DNA from: Hyphomicrobiales bacterium
Lineage (GTDB): Bacteria > Pseudomonadota > Alphaproteobacteria > Rhizobiales > Aestuariivirgaceae
DNA: 64,000 nucleotides
NCBI GenBank assembly: GCA_016793355.1
Contig: JAEUMG010000084.1
Coordinates: 24,376 to 88,375, forward strand
Direction: 5' to 3'
Shown: one piece after another, positions 36,220-46,003 of the stretch
Layout: each line of letters opens with the position of its first letter
Numbering within the stretch: the stretch's first letter is position 1
Program-made: the position numbers and the translations under genes
Notes under the pieces: model-generated
What the model was told of the DNA's origin: nothing
What the model saw: only the letters and a program-made list of their open reading frames with translations
The model's database searches: none

Positions 36220-37284
36220 TCAGTTCAGGCGACGTCCGCTGCTTTCATCGAACAGATGCACCGCGTCGAGATTGGGCGCGATCGGCAGCATCTCACCGGG
36301 TCTGGCGGTCACGCGCTCACGAAACGCGCCAACCAGCTTCTGGCTCCCAAGCCGGGCAAAGACCTGTGTCTCCGACCCGGTCGGCTCGATGACCGTTACA
36401 TTTGCGTTGACCGCCTCGCCGCCCAAGGAGAGATGCTCGGGCCTGATTCCGTAGAGGGCCGGCTTGCCATCGCTGCCCGCCGGTGCGGTGCTCAGCGGCA
36501 AGACGATACCATCCGCCGTCACGAAGCTTGGCTTGCCGTTGATGCGGATCTTGCCCGTCAGAAGATTCATCGCCGGCGAGCCGATAAACCCCGCAACGAA
36601 GACATTCTCCGGCCGGTCGTAAAGGTCAAGCGGGGATCCCGATTGCTCGACCACGCCGTTATTCATGACCACGATGCGATCGGCCATGGTCATGGCCTCG
36701 ACCTGATCGTGCGTCACATAGACCGTGGTGGTCTTGAGGCGCTGGTGCAACTCCTTGATCTCGGCGCGCATCTGCACTCTCAGCTTCGCGTCAAGGTTGG
36801 ACAGGGGCTCGTCGAAAAGAAACACCGCCGGATCGCGTACGATAGCGCGACCCATGGCGACGCGCTGTCGCTGCCCGCCGGAGAGCTGGCGCGGATAACG
36901 GGCGAGGTAAGGGACGAGATCAAGTATCTCGGCAGCTCGCTTCACGCGGCTTTCAATCTCAGCCTTGGGCGCGCGGCGCAACTTGAGCGCGAAGCCCATA
37001 TTCTCCGCAACCGTCTTGTGCGGATAGAGGGCATAGTTCTGGAACACCATGGCGATGTCGCGGTCCTTGGGCGCCAAGTCATTCACCACCTTGTCGCCGA
37101 TGCGGATCTCGCCCCCGGTGATTGTTTCGAGGCCGGCAATCATGCGCAGCAAGGTTGATTTTCCGCAGCCCGACGGCCCGACCAGTATTACGAACTCGCC
37201 ATCGCGAATATCGATCGAAACACCATGGATCACTTCTACAGCGCCATAGGACTTGCGCACATCCACAACGCCAACCGATGCCAT
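36220..37284 (-). CDS. CUT1 ABC transporter ATP-binding protein (MalK/UgpC-like)
   Basis: Start at [14 protein letters not shown]; Walker [25 protein letters not shown]-terminal TOBE-like domain. Confidence 0.9.
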   Translation of the reverse strand: MASVGVVDVRKSYGAVEVIHGVSIDIRDGEFVILVGPSGCGKSTLLRMIAGLETITGGEIRIGDKVVNDLAPKDRDIAMVFQNYALYPHKTVAENMGFALKLRRAPKAEIESRVKRAAEILDLVPYLARYPRQLSGGQRQRVAMGRAIVRDPAVFLFDEPLSNLDAKLRVQMRAEIKELHQRLKTTTVYVTHDQVEAMTMADRIVVMNNGVVEQSGSPLDLYDRPENVFVAGFIGSPAMNLLTGKIRINGKPSFVTADGIVLPLSTAPAGSDGKPALYGIRPEHLSLGGEAVNANVTVIEPTGSETQVFARLGSQKLVGAFRERVTARPGEMLPIAPNLDAVHLFDESSGRRLN

Positions 37285-37547
37285 ACGGGCCTCCCCAAGC
37301 GCTCCACGTCTTCCTGCAACACGTATTGCAGCATCCAATTTTGGTCGAGTCGACAAGAATCTGAATCAGCGAACTCCGATCGCTGATCAAATTTGAGGCA
37401 GGTTGAAATTTCGCTGCAGTGCATGATCGATTCATCACACAAAAATCGAGACGCACGGTTGTGTTTTCTCCTCCAGAATGTATCTTCGACCCGTAAGTTC
37501 AAACCAGAGTGCTCCCTGCACAACTGGCAAAATGGGAGGAGTATGAG

Positions 37548-39194
37548 ATGCATCCACTGAAGTGGTCGCTATTTGCCTTGCCTGCGTTGGCGCTGCTCGC
37601 AGCACCGGCTTCCGCCGGTGAGAATGTCGAGTGGAAAGACGATGGAACGGTCGTCCTGAAGCTCGGCGAGGCCTACAACAACCAGACGATCACCGTTAAG
37701 CAGGAAGATCTCGGCTCGGAGTTCGGTCCTGACAAGCAGCCTTTCAAGGACGTGACCATCACGCTGACGGTGAATGGCGCCGGCCCCAAGGGTGGCATCA
37801 GCGGCCCGCTCTACCAGTTCCGTCCGATCTGGGAGGAATTGACCGGCGGCAAGGTGAATATCGTCGAACTGCCTTTCGCCGAGCACTATACCAAGATGAT
37901 GCTCGATCTGCGGAACGGCACCGGGCAGTATGATGCCTTCATGGTGGGCGCGTTCTGGTATGGCGACATCGTTCCGGCCGGCTATGCCTACGCAATTGAC
38001 GAAATGCAGGCGTCGGGCAAGTATCCGAAGTGGACCTATGACGACATGCCGCCGTCGCTGAAGGCGCTGCACCAGTGGAAGGGCGTGGGCTATGGCGTGC
38101 TCAACGACGGTGACGGCCAGGTTCTCTATTACCGCTCGGACGTTCTGAGCAATCCGGAGCACCAGGCAGCGTTCAAGGCCGAATACGGCTATGATCTGCC
38201 CAATCCGCCCCAGACCTGGCAGCAGCTTCTCGATATCGCCAAATTCTTTAACGGCAAGAACTGGGATTCGACGGATGCCGATCCCGACAGCGGCATGGTT
38301 CTCCACCTCAAGGTCGGCGAACAGGGACACTACCACTTCCAGTCGCTCTCCTCGTCCTTCGTGATCAACCCCGGCGACAAGGTCACGCGGACGCAAAATG
38401 TCTACTGGTTCGATCCGGAAGACATGAAGCCGCTCATCAACAGCCCCGGGCATGTGAAGGCGCTTGAATTCCTGCAGGAGCTTCACAAGACGGGTCCCGG
38501 AGCGCAGGTCGGCTGGTCGCTCGGCGAAGCATGGGACTACTTCCTGCGCGGCAAGTCGGTGTTCGTGTTCTCGTGGGGCGACGTCGGCGCGCTGTGCCAG
38601 GACGAAAGCCGTTCAAAGATCAAGGGCAAGTGCGCCGCGACGGTCATTCCGTCCTCGAACGAATATTACGACTTCGAGAAAAAGGAGTTCGTCAAGCTCG
38701 ATACGCCGCGGGTCATCGGGAACACCGTCGGCGGCTCCTGGCACGGCGTGATCTCCAACTTCTCGGCCAACCCGGAAGCGACCTACTCATTCCTATCGCT
38801 AATGGCCATGCAGCCTGTATCCAAGCTAATGGCAACGGTCGGCTGGGACGGCGTCGACCCGGGCTTCTCCTACCAGTTCCTTGAGGAGGACGGCGGCACC
38901 GCGAAGATCGAGGACTATGTGGCGGCGGGCTGGGCGGAGAACGATGCCAAGACCTATACCAAGGCCTATCACGACACGTTCTACGCGCCGACAAGCCTGA
39001 CCTACCTCCGTATCCCCGGTACTTTCGAGTATTGGGACATTCTCGACAAGAATCTGTCGGCGGCGATGAGCGGCTCGAAAACCGCGCAGCAGGCGCTCGA
39101 CGACACGGCGGCCGCTTGGGAAGGCGTGACCGACCGGATCGGGCGCGACAAGCAGAAGGCCGACTATCAGGCGGCCATCGGCTACGCGCCGTAA
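37548..39194 (+). CDS. extracellular solute-binding protein (family 1, large sugar/polyol SBP)
   Basis: ATG 37548 preceded by GGGAGGA; signal peptide LFALPALALLAAPASA. Confidence 0.85.
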   Translation: MHPLKWSLFALPALALLAAPASAGENVEWKDDGTVVLKLGEAYNNQTITVKQEDLGSEFGPDKQPFKDVTITLTVNGAGPKGGISGPLYQFRPIWEELTGGKVNIVELPFAEHYTKMMLDLRNGTGQYDAFMVGAFWYGDIVPAGYAYAIDEMQASGKYPKWTYDDMPPSLKALHQWKGVGYGVLNDGDGQVLYYRSDVLSNPEHQAAFKAEYGYDLPNPPQTWQQLLDIAKFFNGKNWDSTDADPDSGMVLHLKVGEQGHYHFQSLSSSFVINPGDKVTRTQNVYWFDPEDMKPLINSPGHVKALEFLQELHKTGPGAQVGWSLGEAWDYFLRGKSVFVFSWGDVGALCQDESRSKIKGKCAATVIPSSNEYYDFEKKEFVKLDTPRVIGNTVGGSWHGVISNFSANPEATYSFLSLMAMQPVSKLMATVGWDGVDPGFSYQFLEEDGGTAKIEDYVAAGWAENDAKTYTKAYHDTFYAPTSLTYLRIPGTFEYWDILDKNLSAAMSGSKTAQQALDDTAAAWEGVTDRIGRDKQKADYQAAIGYAP

Positions 39195-39251
39195 CGACCG
39201 GACTCATGGCGGAAGCGGCTTGCCGCTTCCGCCTGTTGCGTAAGAAGCACG

Positions 39252-40199
39252 ATGCGCTGGACCGGCAAGATCCGTTTCCTGCTGCTTGCCCCGGCGGTGA
39301 TCTGGGTGCTGGCCTTTACCGTATTCCCGCTGGGCTATTCGCTCTACCTCGCCTTCTACAAGATCGAGCAGAAGGTCGAGATCAAGCGCGAGAAGGAAGT
39401 CATCCTCGACGCGGACGGCAAACCGGTGCTCGACGACAACGGCCAGCCTCGCACCAAGAATGTGGTGATCAAGGAACAGGTCAACATCGCGACCTTCATC
39501 GGTCTCGACAATTTCAAGCGCCTCTTCAGCGATCCGCAAGTAGCGGAGGCGATCCGCGTCACCCTGCTCTTCGTGCTCATCGCAGTGCCGGTCGAACTCG
39601 CCTTGGGATTTCTGCTCGCGGTTCTATTCAACCAGCACATATTCGGACGCCCGGTGCTGCGCACCGTGATGATTCTGCCGATCTTTGCCACGCCGCTGGC
39701 GGTCGGCTACACCTTCTTCACCATCTTCTATGAAGTCGGCGGGCCTCTCGCCTGGACCGGCATTCCGTTCCTTTCCAATCCGAACTGGGCGCTGATCTCG
39801 GTCATCCTGGTGGATGTCTGGCAATGGACGCCGTTCTGCTTCCTGGTTTTCCTCGCCGCGCTCCAGGGTGTTCCCGACGAGTTGTATGAGGCTGCCCGCG
39901 TCGATGGCGCCAGCGCCATGGATATGCTGCGCGAAGTCATGCTCCCGCTGCTTGTGCCCACCATCATCATCGTGCTGCTGCTGCGCATGGCGGAAGCGCT
40001 CAAGCTGTTCGATATCCCCTTCGCGCTGACGGGCGGAGGTCCCGGCGTGGCCACCCAGCCCTTCTCGCTCCTTGCCTTCCGTACCGGCCTGCGCTTCTTC
40101 GATCTGGGCTATGCCAGCGCCATGGCTTACGCGCTGCTCATCGTCGTCATGATCGTCGTGACGCTGTTCTTCCGCCGCCTGAGAATGAACTATGACTGA
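39252..40199 (+). CDS. CUT1 sugar ABC permease
   Basis: 315-aa polytopic membrane protein with EAA-type loop (YEAARVDGAS). Confidence 0.85.
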   Translation: MRWTGKIRFLLLAPAVIWVLAFTVFPLGYSLYLAFYKIEQKVEIKREKEVILDADGKPVLDDNGQPRTKNVVIKEQVNIATFIGLDNFKRLFSDPQVAEAIRVTLLFVLIAVPVELALGFLLAVLFNQHIFGRPVLRTVMILPIFATPLAVGYTFFTIFYEVGGPLAWTGIPFLSNPNWALISVILVDVWQWTPFCFLVFLAALQGVPDELYEAARVDGASAMDMLREVMLPLLVPTIIIVLLLRMAEALKLFDIPFALTGGGPGVATQPFSLLAFRTGLRFFDLGYASAMAYALLIVVMIVVTLFFRRLRMNYD

Positions 40200-41052
40200 T
40201 CGCGGTCCGGGCTCAAAGTCGGGATGGGGTGAGGTCATCGCCTCGCTCATCGCCGTCACCGTGGCGCTGATATTCGCCTTCCCGATCTACTGGGCTTTCT
40301 CGCAATCGCTGCGCAATCCGCTTGACACCTATACGGTCGCCGGCCTCGGCGTGCCGTGGATCAACTTCACTCCCACTCTCGACAACTGGATCGATCAGCT
40401 CGGCACGCCGGAAACCGGTATGGCGCTTTACAACAGCACCGTGATCTCGATTTCGGCGGCAATTCTGGCACTGGTGCTTGGGACTCCCGCGGCCTATGCG
40501 ATCGCCCGCTTCCGCTTCGCGCGCTGGAGCAATCGCGACATCACCATCTGGTTCCTGTCACAACGTGTCCTGCCCCCGGTTGCCACGGTCATCCCTTTCT
40601 ATCTCACCATGCGCTATCTGGGCCTGCTCGACACGAAGTTCGCGCTCATTCTCATTAACGCGACCTTCGTGCTGCCCTATGTGGTGGTAATCCTGCGCCA
40701 GACGTTCCTCGATCTTCCGGTGGAACTCGAGGAAGCCGCGATGATCGACGGAGCCGGCCATTGGGGCGCCTTCTGGCGCATCGCCGTTCCGCTTGCGGCC
40801 CCATCCATGGCTGCCGCCGGCCTCATCATCTTCGCCTTTACCTGGAATGAGTTTCTGTTCGCCGTTTCAATCGGCAGCAGCAAGGCGATCACCGTGCCGG
40901 TTCACATAGCAGGCGCCATCGATACGCGCGGCGTGCAATTCTGGTTCATGGGGGTCAGGGCCATGACCGCGATCATCCCGCCGGTCATCATCGCGCTCAT
41001 CGCCCAGCGCTATATTGTGCGCGGCCTGACTCTCGGCGCCGTAAGGGGCTAA
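40192..41052 (+). CDS. CUT1 sugar ABC permease
   Basis: 286-aa polytopic membrane protein with EAA loop (EEAAMIDGAGHW); overlaps the upstream gene. Confidence 0.85.
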   Translation: MTDRGPGSKSGWGEVIASLIAVTVALIFAFPIYWAFSQSLRNPLDTYTVAGLGVPWINFTPTLDNWIDQLGTPETGMALYNSTVISISAAILALVLGTPAAYAIARFRFARWSNRDITIWFLSQRVLPPVATVIPFYLTMRYLGLLDTKFALILINATFVLPYVVVILRQTFLDLPVELEEAAMIDGAGHWGAFWRIAVPLAAPSMAAAGLIIFAFTWNEFLFAVSIGSSKAITVPVHIAGAIDTRGVQFWFMGVRAMTAIIPPVIIALIAQRYIVRGLTLGAVRG

Positions 41053-41055
41053 CGC

Positions 41056-42594
41056 TTGGGCAGCGCGCCGTTGCTCGCCAGCCTCGATCTCGGCACGGGC
41101 CGGATCCGGGCGGTCGCCGTCGATCTCAAAGGCCGGATCCTTGCCGAGGCCGCCGAACCGACGCCCACGCATGTGCCGCAAGCCGGCTATGCCGAGTATC
41201 ACCCGCAAGAACTCTGGAAGACGGTCGCGAAAGTACTCTCGCGGCTTACTCAAGCGGCCAAATCTCTGGGCACGATCCAAGGCTTCGCCACAGGCAGCAT
41301 GGGCGAGGCCGGCGTTCTCATTGATGCTCATGGCAAGGAACTCGGTCCCATCATTGCATGGTATTGCGGCCGCACCGTCCCGGACGGCCAAGCGCTGCGC
41401 GCCAAGCTCGGCGATGATTATGTTTTCAATACCAGCGGAGTCACCAGCACACCCAGCTTCGGCCTCAGCAAAATCCTGTGGTGGCGGCGCAATCATCCGA
41501 AAGTATTCGGCAGAGCCCGGTATTGGCTGAACATGGCCGATTGGACGGCCTTCCGCCTGACCGGCGAGGCCCGAACCGATTTCACCCTCGCCTCCCGCAC
41601 CAATGCGCTCGATGTGGTGCGCCTGGACTGGGCGGGCGAGCTTCTCGACAAGCTCGACATCGATCGCCGCCTCTTCGCACCACTCATCGCGAATGGCGCG
41701 GTGGTCGGACGGGTCCACGAGACCGGCGCCGCCGAGACCGGGCTGCCCGAAGGGCTTCCCGTATCAGCCGGAGGGCACGACCACATCGTCAGCACCATCG
41801 CTGCCGGCATTGACCAGCCGGGCATCCTCCTCGACAGCATGGGCACAGCGGAGGCTCTGGTACTCGCCAATGAGCGCCCGATCTTCGACGACCGCCTACG
41901 CGCCGGCGGCTATCAACAAAGCGTGCTCAATCTCGGCGTGCCGCATTATGAACTCATGTGCGGGCTTACGACATCGGGCGGCGCCATCGAGTGGTTTCGC
42001 AAGCAGGCCGGCGGCATCGGCTATGATACTCTGATCGCCGAAGCGCAAGCTGTTCCGCCCGGAAGCTACGGCACATGCTTCCTGCCGCAACTGCGCGGCG
42101 GCGACCAGCCCTACCCCAACCCGAATGCGCGCGGCGCCTTTATCGGCATTACCGGCGACAGTATGCGCGGCGCCCTGTTCCGCAGCGTTCTCGAAGGCCT
42201 CTGCCTCCAGACCCGCCTGGAACTCGATCACCTGAGCGCCATACCGGGCGTCAATCCGGTCACCCGCGTCCGCGCCATCGGCGGCGGCACACGCAACGAT
42301 CTCATGATGAAAATCAAGGCGAGCGTTTACGGCCGGCCGCTCGAAGTCACCGCACTCAGCGAAGCGACCTGCCTCAGCGCCGCGATATTGGGGGGACTCG
42401 GCGCGGGCGTCTTCTCGTCGGTGCAGGAGGCGTCGGCCCAGATGGCGGAAGGCCTGGGCGAAGTGCGCATCGTCGAGCCCGAGCCTTTCTGGATGGAGCG
42501 ATATGAAGAACTCTATCGCGCGGTCTATGCACTGCTTCCGCCGGCGCTCGGTCCCGCCTATGACGCGCTGGCCGCTATTCGCGATCGCGCATAA
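41056..42594 (+). CDS. FGGY family carbohydrate kinase
   Basis: 512 aa; N-terminal LDLGTGRIRAV actin-fold phosphate-1 motif; FGGY N and C domains; TTG start directly after the permease stop. Confidence 0.85.
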   Translation: MGSAPLLASLDLGTGRIRAVAVDLKGRILAEAAEPTPTHVPQAGYAEYHPQELWKTVAKVLSRLTQAAKSLGTIQGFATGSMGEAGVLIDAHGKELGPIIAWYCGRTVPDGQALRAKLGDDYVFNTSGVTSTPSFGLSKILWWRRNHPKVFGRARYWLNMADWTAFRLTGEARTDFTLASRTNALDVVRLDWAGELLDKLDIDRRLFAPLIANGAVVGRVHETGAAETGLPEGLPVSAGGHDHIVSTIAAGIDQPGILLDSMGTAEALVLANERPIFDDRLRAGGYQQSVLNLGVPHYELMCGLTTSGGAIEWFRKQAGGIGYDTLIAEAQAVPPGSYGTCFLPQLRGGDQPYPNPNARGAFIGITGDSMRGALFRSVLEGLCLQTRLELDHLSAIPGVNPVTRVRAIGGGTRNDLMMKIKASVYGRPLEVTALSEATCLSAAILGGLGAGVFSSVQEASAQMAEGLGEVRIVEPEPFWMERYEELYRAVYALLPPALGPAYDALAAIRDRA

Positions 42595-42599
42595 GAAAA

Positions 42600-42622
42600 C
42601 GCCGGACCTTTCGGGCCCGGCG
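42600..42622. terminator. GC-rich hairpin between convergent genes (possible bidirectional terminator)
   Basis: CGCCGGACC-TTTC-GGGCCCGGCG between the FGGY kinase stop (42594) and the convergent gene stop (42653). Confidence 0.4.
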
Positions 42623-42652
42623 CAGTTCAGGGAGTAACTGGTCGGCTGCCGA

Positions 42653-43696
42653 TCAGGCCGCCTTGAGCATCGCCTTCTTCAGCGGCTCTTCGGTGACAAT
42701 GCGGTCTTCCTCGAGCGAACGAAGCGGCTTCAGCTTGAGCTTCTGCAATTCGCCATGATAGGCGCGAACCGCCTCGTCGGGACCGATCGCGCCATCGGTG
42801 ACCTGGCGCATGAGGGCGAGAAGCGCCAGCGGCGCTTCAGCCTGGTTGATCTTGCGGCCGAACAGGGCCACCCGGCCGCCATAGCGCTCGGCCTGCTCAA
42901 GCAATTCGAACGTGTCGCGCGTGGTGCCGGTGCCGCCGCCCAGAATCCCGATGACGAGACTCGGATCGTAGCTCGCCAGTTCTTCGAGGGCCTTGGGGCC
43001 GTTATATACGATTTTCAGAAACTGCGGACGGTCGGCCTTCATGACGCCGGCGAGGCAGCGCAGGATGCAGTCATTGATAAACTCGCCGATCTGCTCGCGG
43101 TCCATGCCGGTCGCGACATTTGGGTTGAAAACCTCGAGGAAATACTTGAAGCCGATGGTAGCCGCTTCCTCGCGAAAGGCGCGAAAGGCTTCCAGCGTGC
43201 GCAAATCCGCATCGACATCGTTCATCATGGTGATTGAATAGAGGCCGAGGTCGGTTCCGTAGATCTTGCGCGCGCCTTTCACCGGGCCTGTCGCATTATA
43301 CATCACGCGCGGGAGCGAGGCGGTGCGGAACGGGCGCGACGGCTGTTTGTGATAGGTGCCGTTGCGGATGAGACCCCAGCAATCCGTCGTGTCGTTGGCG
43401 CGGATCACCGGCTTGACCTTGCTTCGCTTGAACACGCCGCGTTCGTGCAACAACTCCAGATTTGAGGCCGAAACCAGCATGACATCGACGATGCCCTGCT
43501 TCACGACCGCTTCGATATCGTCGAGAAACTCGGCGCGGGTCTTGCCGCGCAGGCGGCTGCCGTCCGCGGCACGCTTGGGGGCTGCGCCAAGGACGCCAGC
43601 GCCCATATCGCCGTCCTTCGCATCGGCGATGATGAAATCCGACCGCTTGTATTTCCCAGCCCGTATCCGCGCCAGTTTTTCGTCCAGTTTCGTCAT
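42653..43696 (-). CDS. uncharacterised TIM-barrel, class I aldolase-like protein
   Basis: 347 aa from MTKLDEKLARIRAG; IIADAKDGDMG, FLEVFNPN and ILGGGTG segments suggest a (beta/alpha)8 aldolase-like fold; family name not certain. Confidence 0.5.
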   Translation of the reverse strand: MTKLDEKLARIRAGKYKRSDFIIADAKDGDMGAGVLGAAPKRAADGSRLRGKTRAEFLDDIEAVVKQGIVDVMLVSASNLELLHERGVFKRSKVKPVIRANDTTDCWGLIRNGTYHKQPSRPFRTASLPRVMYNATGPVKGARKIYGTDLGLYSITMMNDVDADLRTLEAFRAFREEAATIGFKYFLEVFNPNVATGMDREQIGEFINDCILRCLAGVMKADRPQFLKIVYNGPKALEELASYDPSLVIGILGGGTGTTRDTFELLEQAERYGGRVALFGRKINQAEAPLALLALMRQVTDGAIGPDEAVRAYHGELQKLKLKPLRSLEEDRIVTEEPLKKAMLKAA

Positions 43697-43936
43697 TTCC
43701 AATATCTCCGGGGCTAAGCTGATGCCTGATAGCATTTGCTGCGGAAATGATCAATACAGGTCATAAACTTCCAATTCCGGTCATCCCAAATCGCGGATCG
43801 GACCAGATTCAACCGCTTTCGAGGCCTTTTTGCCCGTTTCTTACGGGTAACTCCTAATATTCCAAAATCATCCAGGTTTGTTGACAGATGAGAGAATTTG
43901 CTCCTTTATCTTCTTCAATCCCGGGCGCGTTGAAGG

Positions 43937-45178
43937 TTGAAGGCTGTGGACTGGGCGGACCGGTATCGCGATCTCATTGCAGAGGTGCCCAAGATCGCCG
44001 CTGAGGCGCGTCTCATGCTGTGCGGCCTCGGTGCCTGTATCGATGCCCGGATTGCCGCGCATACGCTTGCGCCTCTTTTCTCGTCGAGCGCCCCCGAAGC
44101 CGCCCGAAATTTCGGAGAAACGATCAAGCGCCGCGCGGAAAAGGGGATCGGCGGGGAGATCAGGATCGACTGGCCCGACGGGCCGTCCTGGCTTGCCCAG
44201 AACCTGCCCATCAGCTACGCGCTGGGCGGCACCGGCCCGCAGGCGGCGTGGACCCTGGCCATGATCGGCGCACCGGCCCTCGTGGCGCTTGAGGACCGCA
44301 GCGCGCACATGCTGCGCCATCTCCATCCGGATATTCTGATAGCGGAGAACGGGAAGCCCACCGCGGCACGCAACATTGCACCGCGCGGCACCCGTCGGCC
44401 CGAGATATTCATCATTGAATATGCGGCGGGGCGCGCGATCGGCAATGTCACGCCAAGAAGGTCGTCGCGCATCATTGTCCGCTTCCACGATCCCGGGCTT
44501 GAACATGATCGGCAGTTCGAAGAACTGAGTGTTGCACTGGCCGGCGAGGCCGGCGCCGGGCTGATCTCCGGCTTCAACAGCATCCCCTATGAGCGCATCG
44601 ATTCCGAGGTTGCGGCGGTCACGCATATGACGGCACAATGGCTTGCCGCGGGGCTTGGCGTCCTCCACCTCGAACTGGCCGGGTACGACACGCCAGCGCA
44701 CCGCGACCGGGTCATCTCCGGACTGCAGGGGACGATCACATCGACCGGTATGAGTTACTCGGAATTCGCCGCACTTGCGCCAGGCAGTTCGGATATCGCT
44801 CAGGACATGTGCGAATTGGGCGAAAGGTTCGGGCTCGATCGGGTCTGCGTTCATGCCGATCAATGGGCGGCTTCCGCGACACGCGGCGATGCGGATAAGG
44901 AACAGCGTGCGCTGATGATGGGCTGCCTGCTCGCCGGCACGCGCGCCGCCAAAGGTGCTCCGACCTATCCGGGCGAGATCGATACTCGCGCGACTTTCAC
45001 AGCGCCACCGCTCCCGTTCCTCTCGAGACGGGGGAAATGGTCGATCGTGTCGTGTGCATCGCCGCATCTTGAGCATCTGGAGGCCGCGGTCGGCCTTGGC
45101 GACAGTTTCACCGGAGGGTGCCTTCTCATGCTTGGTCGACGCGTCGCCACCCACGGACGCGCTCTCAGCCGGGCTTAA
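43937..45178 (+). CDS. ADP-dependent glucokinase/phosphofructokinase family (ribokinase-superfamily) protein
   Basis: GLGACIDA (N-terminal small-domain motif), ALGGTGPQAA, and C-terminal AVGLGDSFTGG (GxGD catalytic motif); TTG/GTG start uncertain. Confidence 0.7.
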   Translation: MKAVDWADRYRDLIAEVPKIAAEARLMLCGLGACIDARIAAHTLAPLFSSSAPEAARNFGETIKRRAEKGIGGEIRIDWPDGPSWLAQNLPISYALGGTGPQAAWTLAMIGAPALVALEDRSAHMLRHLHPDILIAENGKPTAARNIAPRGTRRPEIFIIEYAAGRAIGNVTPRRSSRIIVRFHDPGLEHDRQFEELSVALAGEAGAGLISGFNSIPYERIDSEVAAVTHMTAQWLAAGLGVLHLELAGYDTPAHRDRVISGLQGTITSTGMSYSEFAALAPGSSDIAQDMCELGERFGLDRVCVHADQWAASATRGDADKEQRALMMGCLLAGTRAAKGAPTYPGEIDTRATFTAPPLPFLSRRGKWSIVSCASPHLEHLEAAVGLGDSFTGGCLLMLGRRVATHGRALSRA

Positions 45179-45193
45179 CGGGAGCAGAGATCC

Positions 45194-46003
45194 ATGGAAA
45201 GTCCGTCGAAGCGCGTCGAAATCATGCCAGCCAAGCGATGGGCCATGATTCTGGACAGGCTGCGCCGCGACGGGGCGGCGTCGATCCTCGAACTCGCCGA
45301 AGAGATCGGGGCTTCGGCCTCGACGATCCGTCGCGATCTGGAGCATCTTACCGAGGGCGGCTACCTAGAACGTACGCATGGCGGCGCGCTTTTCGTGCCG
45401 CCGCTACAGGCAACATTCGAGCGCGACGCCTCCCTCAATGCGCAGCTTCAGAATCCGCAAAAGCGGGCCATCGGTGCGATTGCGGCACTCCGCCTCGCCC
45501 CGCGTGAGAGCGTCATTTTTGACAGCAGTTCGACGGTCATCGAGGCCGTACGCGCGGCGGCAGACCGGCAGATACCACTGACCACGGTGACCAACAGTCT
45601 TGAAATCGCGACGGTCTGCGCCGGGTGTCCCTCATGGCGGGTTATCGTGCTTGGCGGCACGGTGCGCCAGGGATCACAGATGATGGTCGGCGAACCAGGC
45701 TCAGACTTTCTGAAGACCATCCATGCCGATGTCTGCCTCATCGGTACCTATGCCGTTACCGGTCGCATCCTGAGCGACGCCTCACTTGAGGTCGCCTCGC
45801 TGAAGCGCGCGATGATCGAGTCGGCGCGCCGGACCATACTCCTGGTCGACAGCTCGAAGTTTCAGGCTCCTGCCTTCTGCACGTTCTGCGACATTTCAGC
45901 GATATCGGAAGTCATCACCGACGACGGCATCAGCGCCGAACATCTGGCGATGATGCGTTCATTCAACGTCAAGGTCACCGTCGCGAATGTGGGCACGTCA
46001 TAG
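45194..46003 (+). CDS. DeoR/GlpR family transcriptional regulator
   Basis: HTH ILELAEEIGASASTIRRDLEHL plus DeoR C-terminal sensor domain; start may be 45224. Confidence 0.85.
   Translation: MESPSKRVEIMPAKRWAMILDRLRRDGAASILELAEEIGASASTIRRDLEHLTEGGYLERTHGGALFVPPLQATFERDASLNAQLQNPQKRAIGAIAALRLAPRESVIFDSSSTVIEAVRAAADRQIPLTTVTNSLEIATVCAGCPSWRVIVLGGTVRQGSQMMVGEPGSDFLKTIHADVCLIGTYAVTGRILSDASLEVASLKRAMIESARRTILLVDSSKFQAPAFCTFCDISAISEVITDDGISAEHLAMMRSFNVKVTVANVGTS

Noticed and set aside
34413-36392. 659-aa + strand ORF
   Set aside because: It runs antisense through three well-supported minus-strand genes (the 249-aa hypothetical, the alpha/beta hydrolase and the MalK-like ATPase end). Its composition is Arg-rich and low-complexity.
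37569-38486. 305-aa minus-strand ORF opposite the large SBP gene
   Set aside because: Shadow ORF. The plus strand has a signal peptide, a Shine-Dalgarno sequence and SBP-like sequence.
43868-45346. 492-aa minus-strand ORF opposite the ADP-dependent kinase-family gene
   Set aside because: No motifs and Arg/Pro/Gly-rich, whereas the plus-strand frame carries the GxGD and other ribokinase-superfamily motifs.
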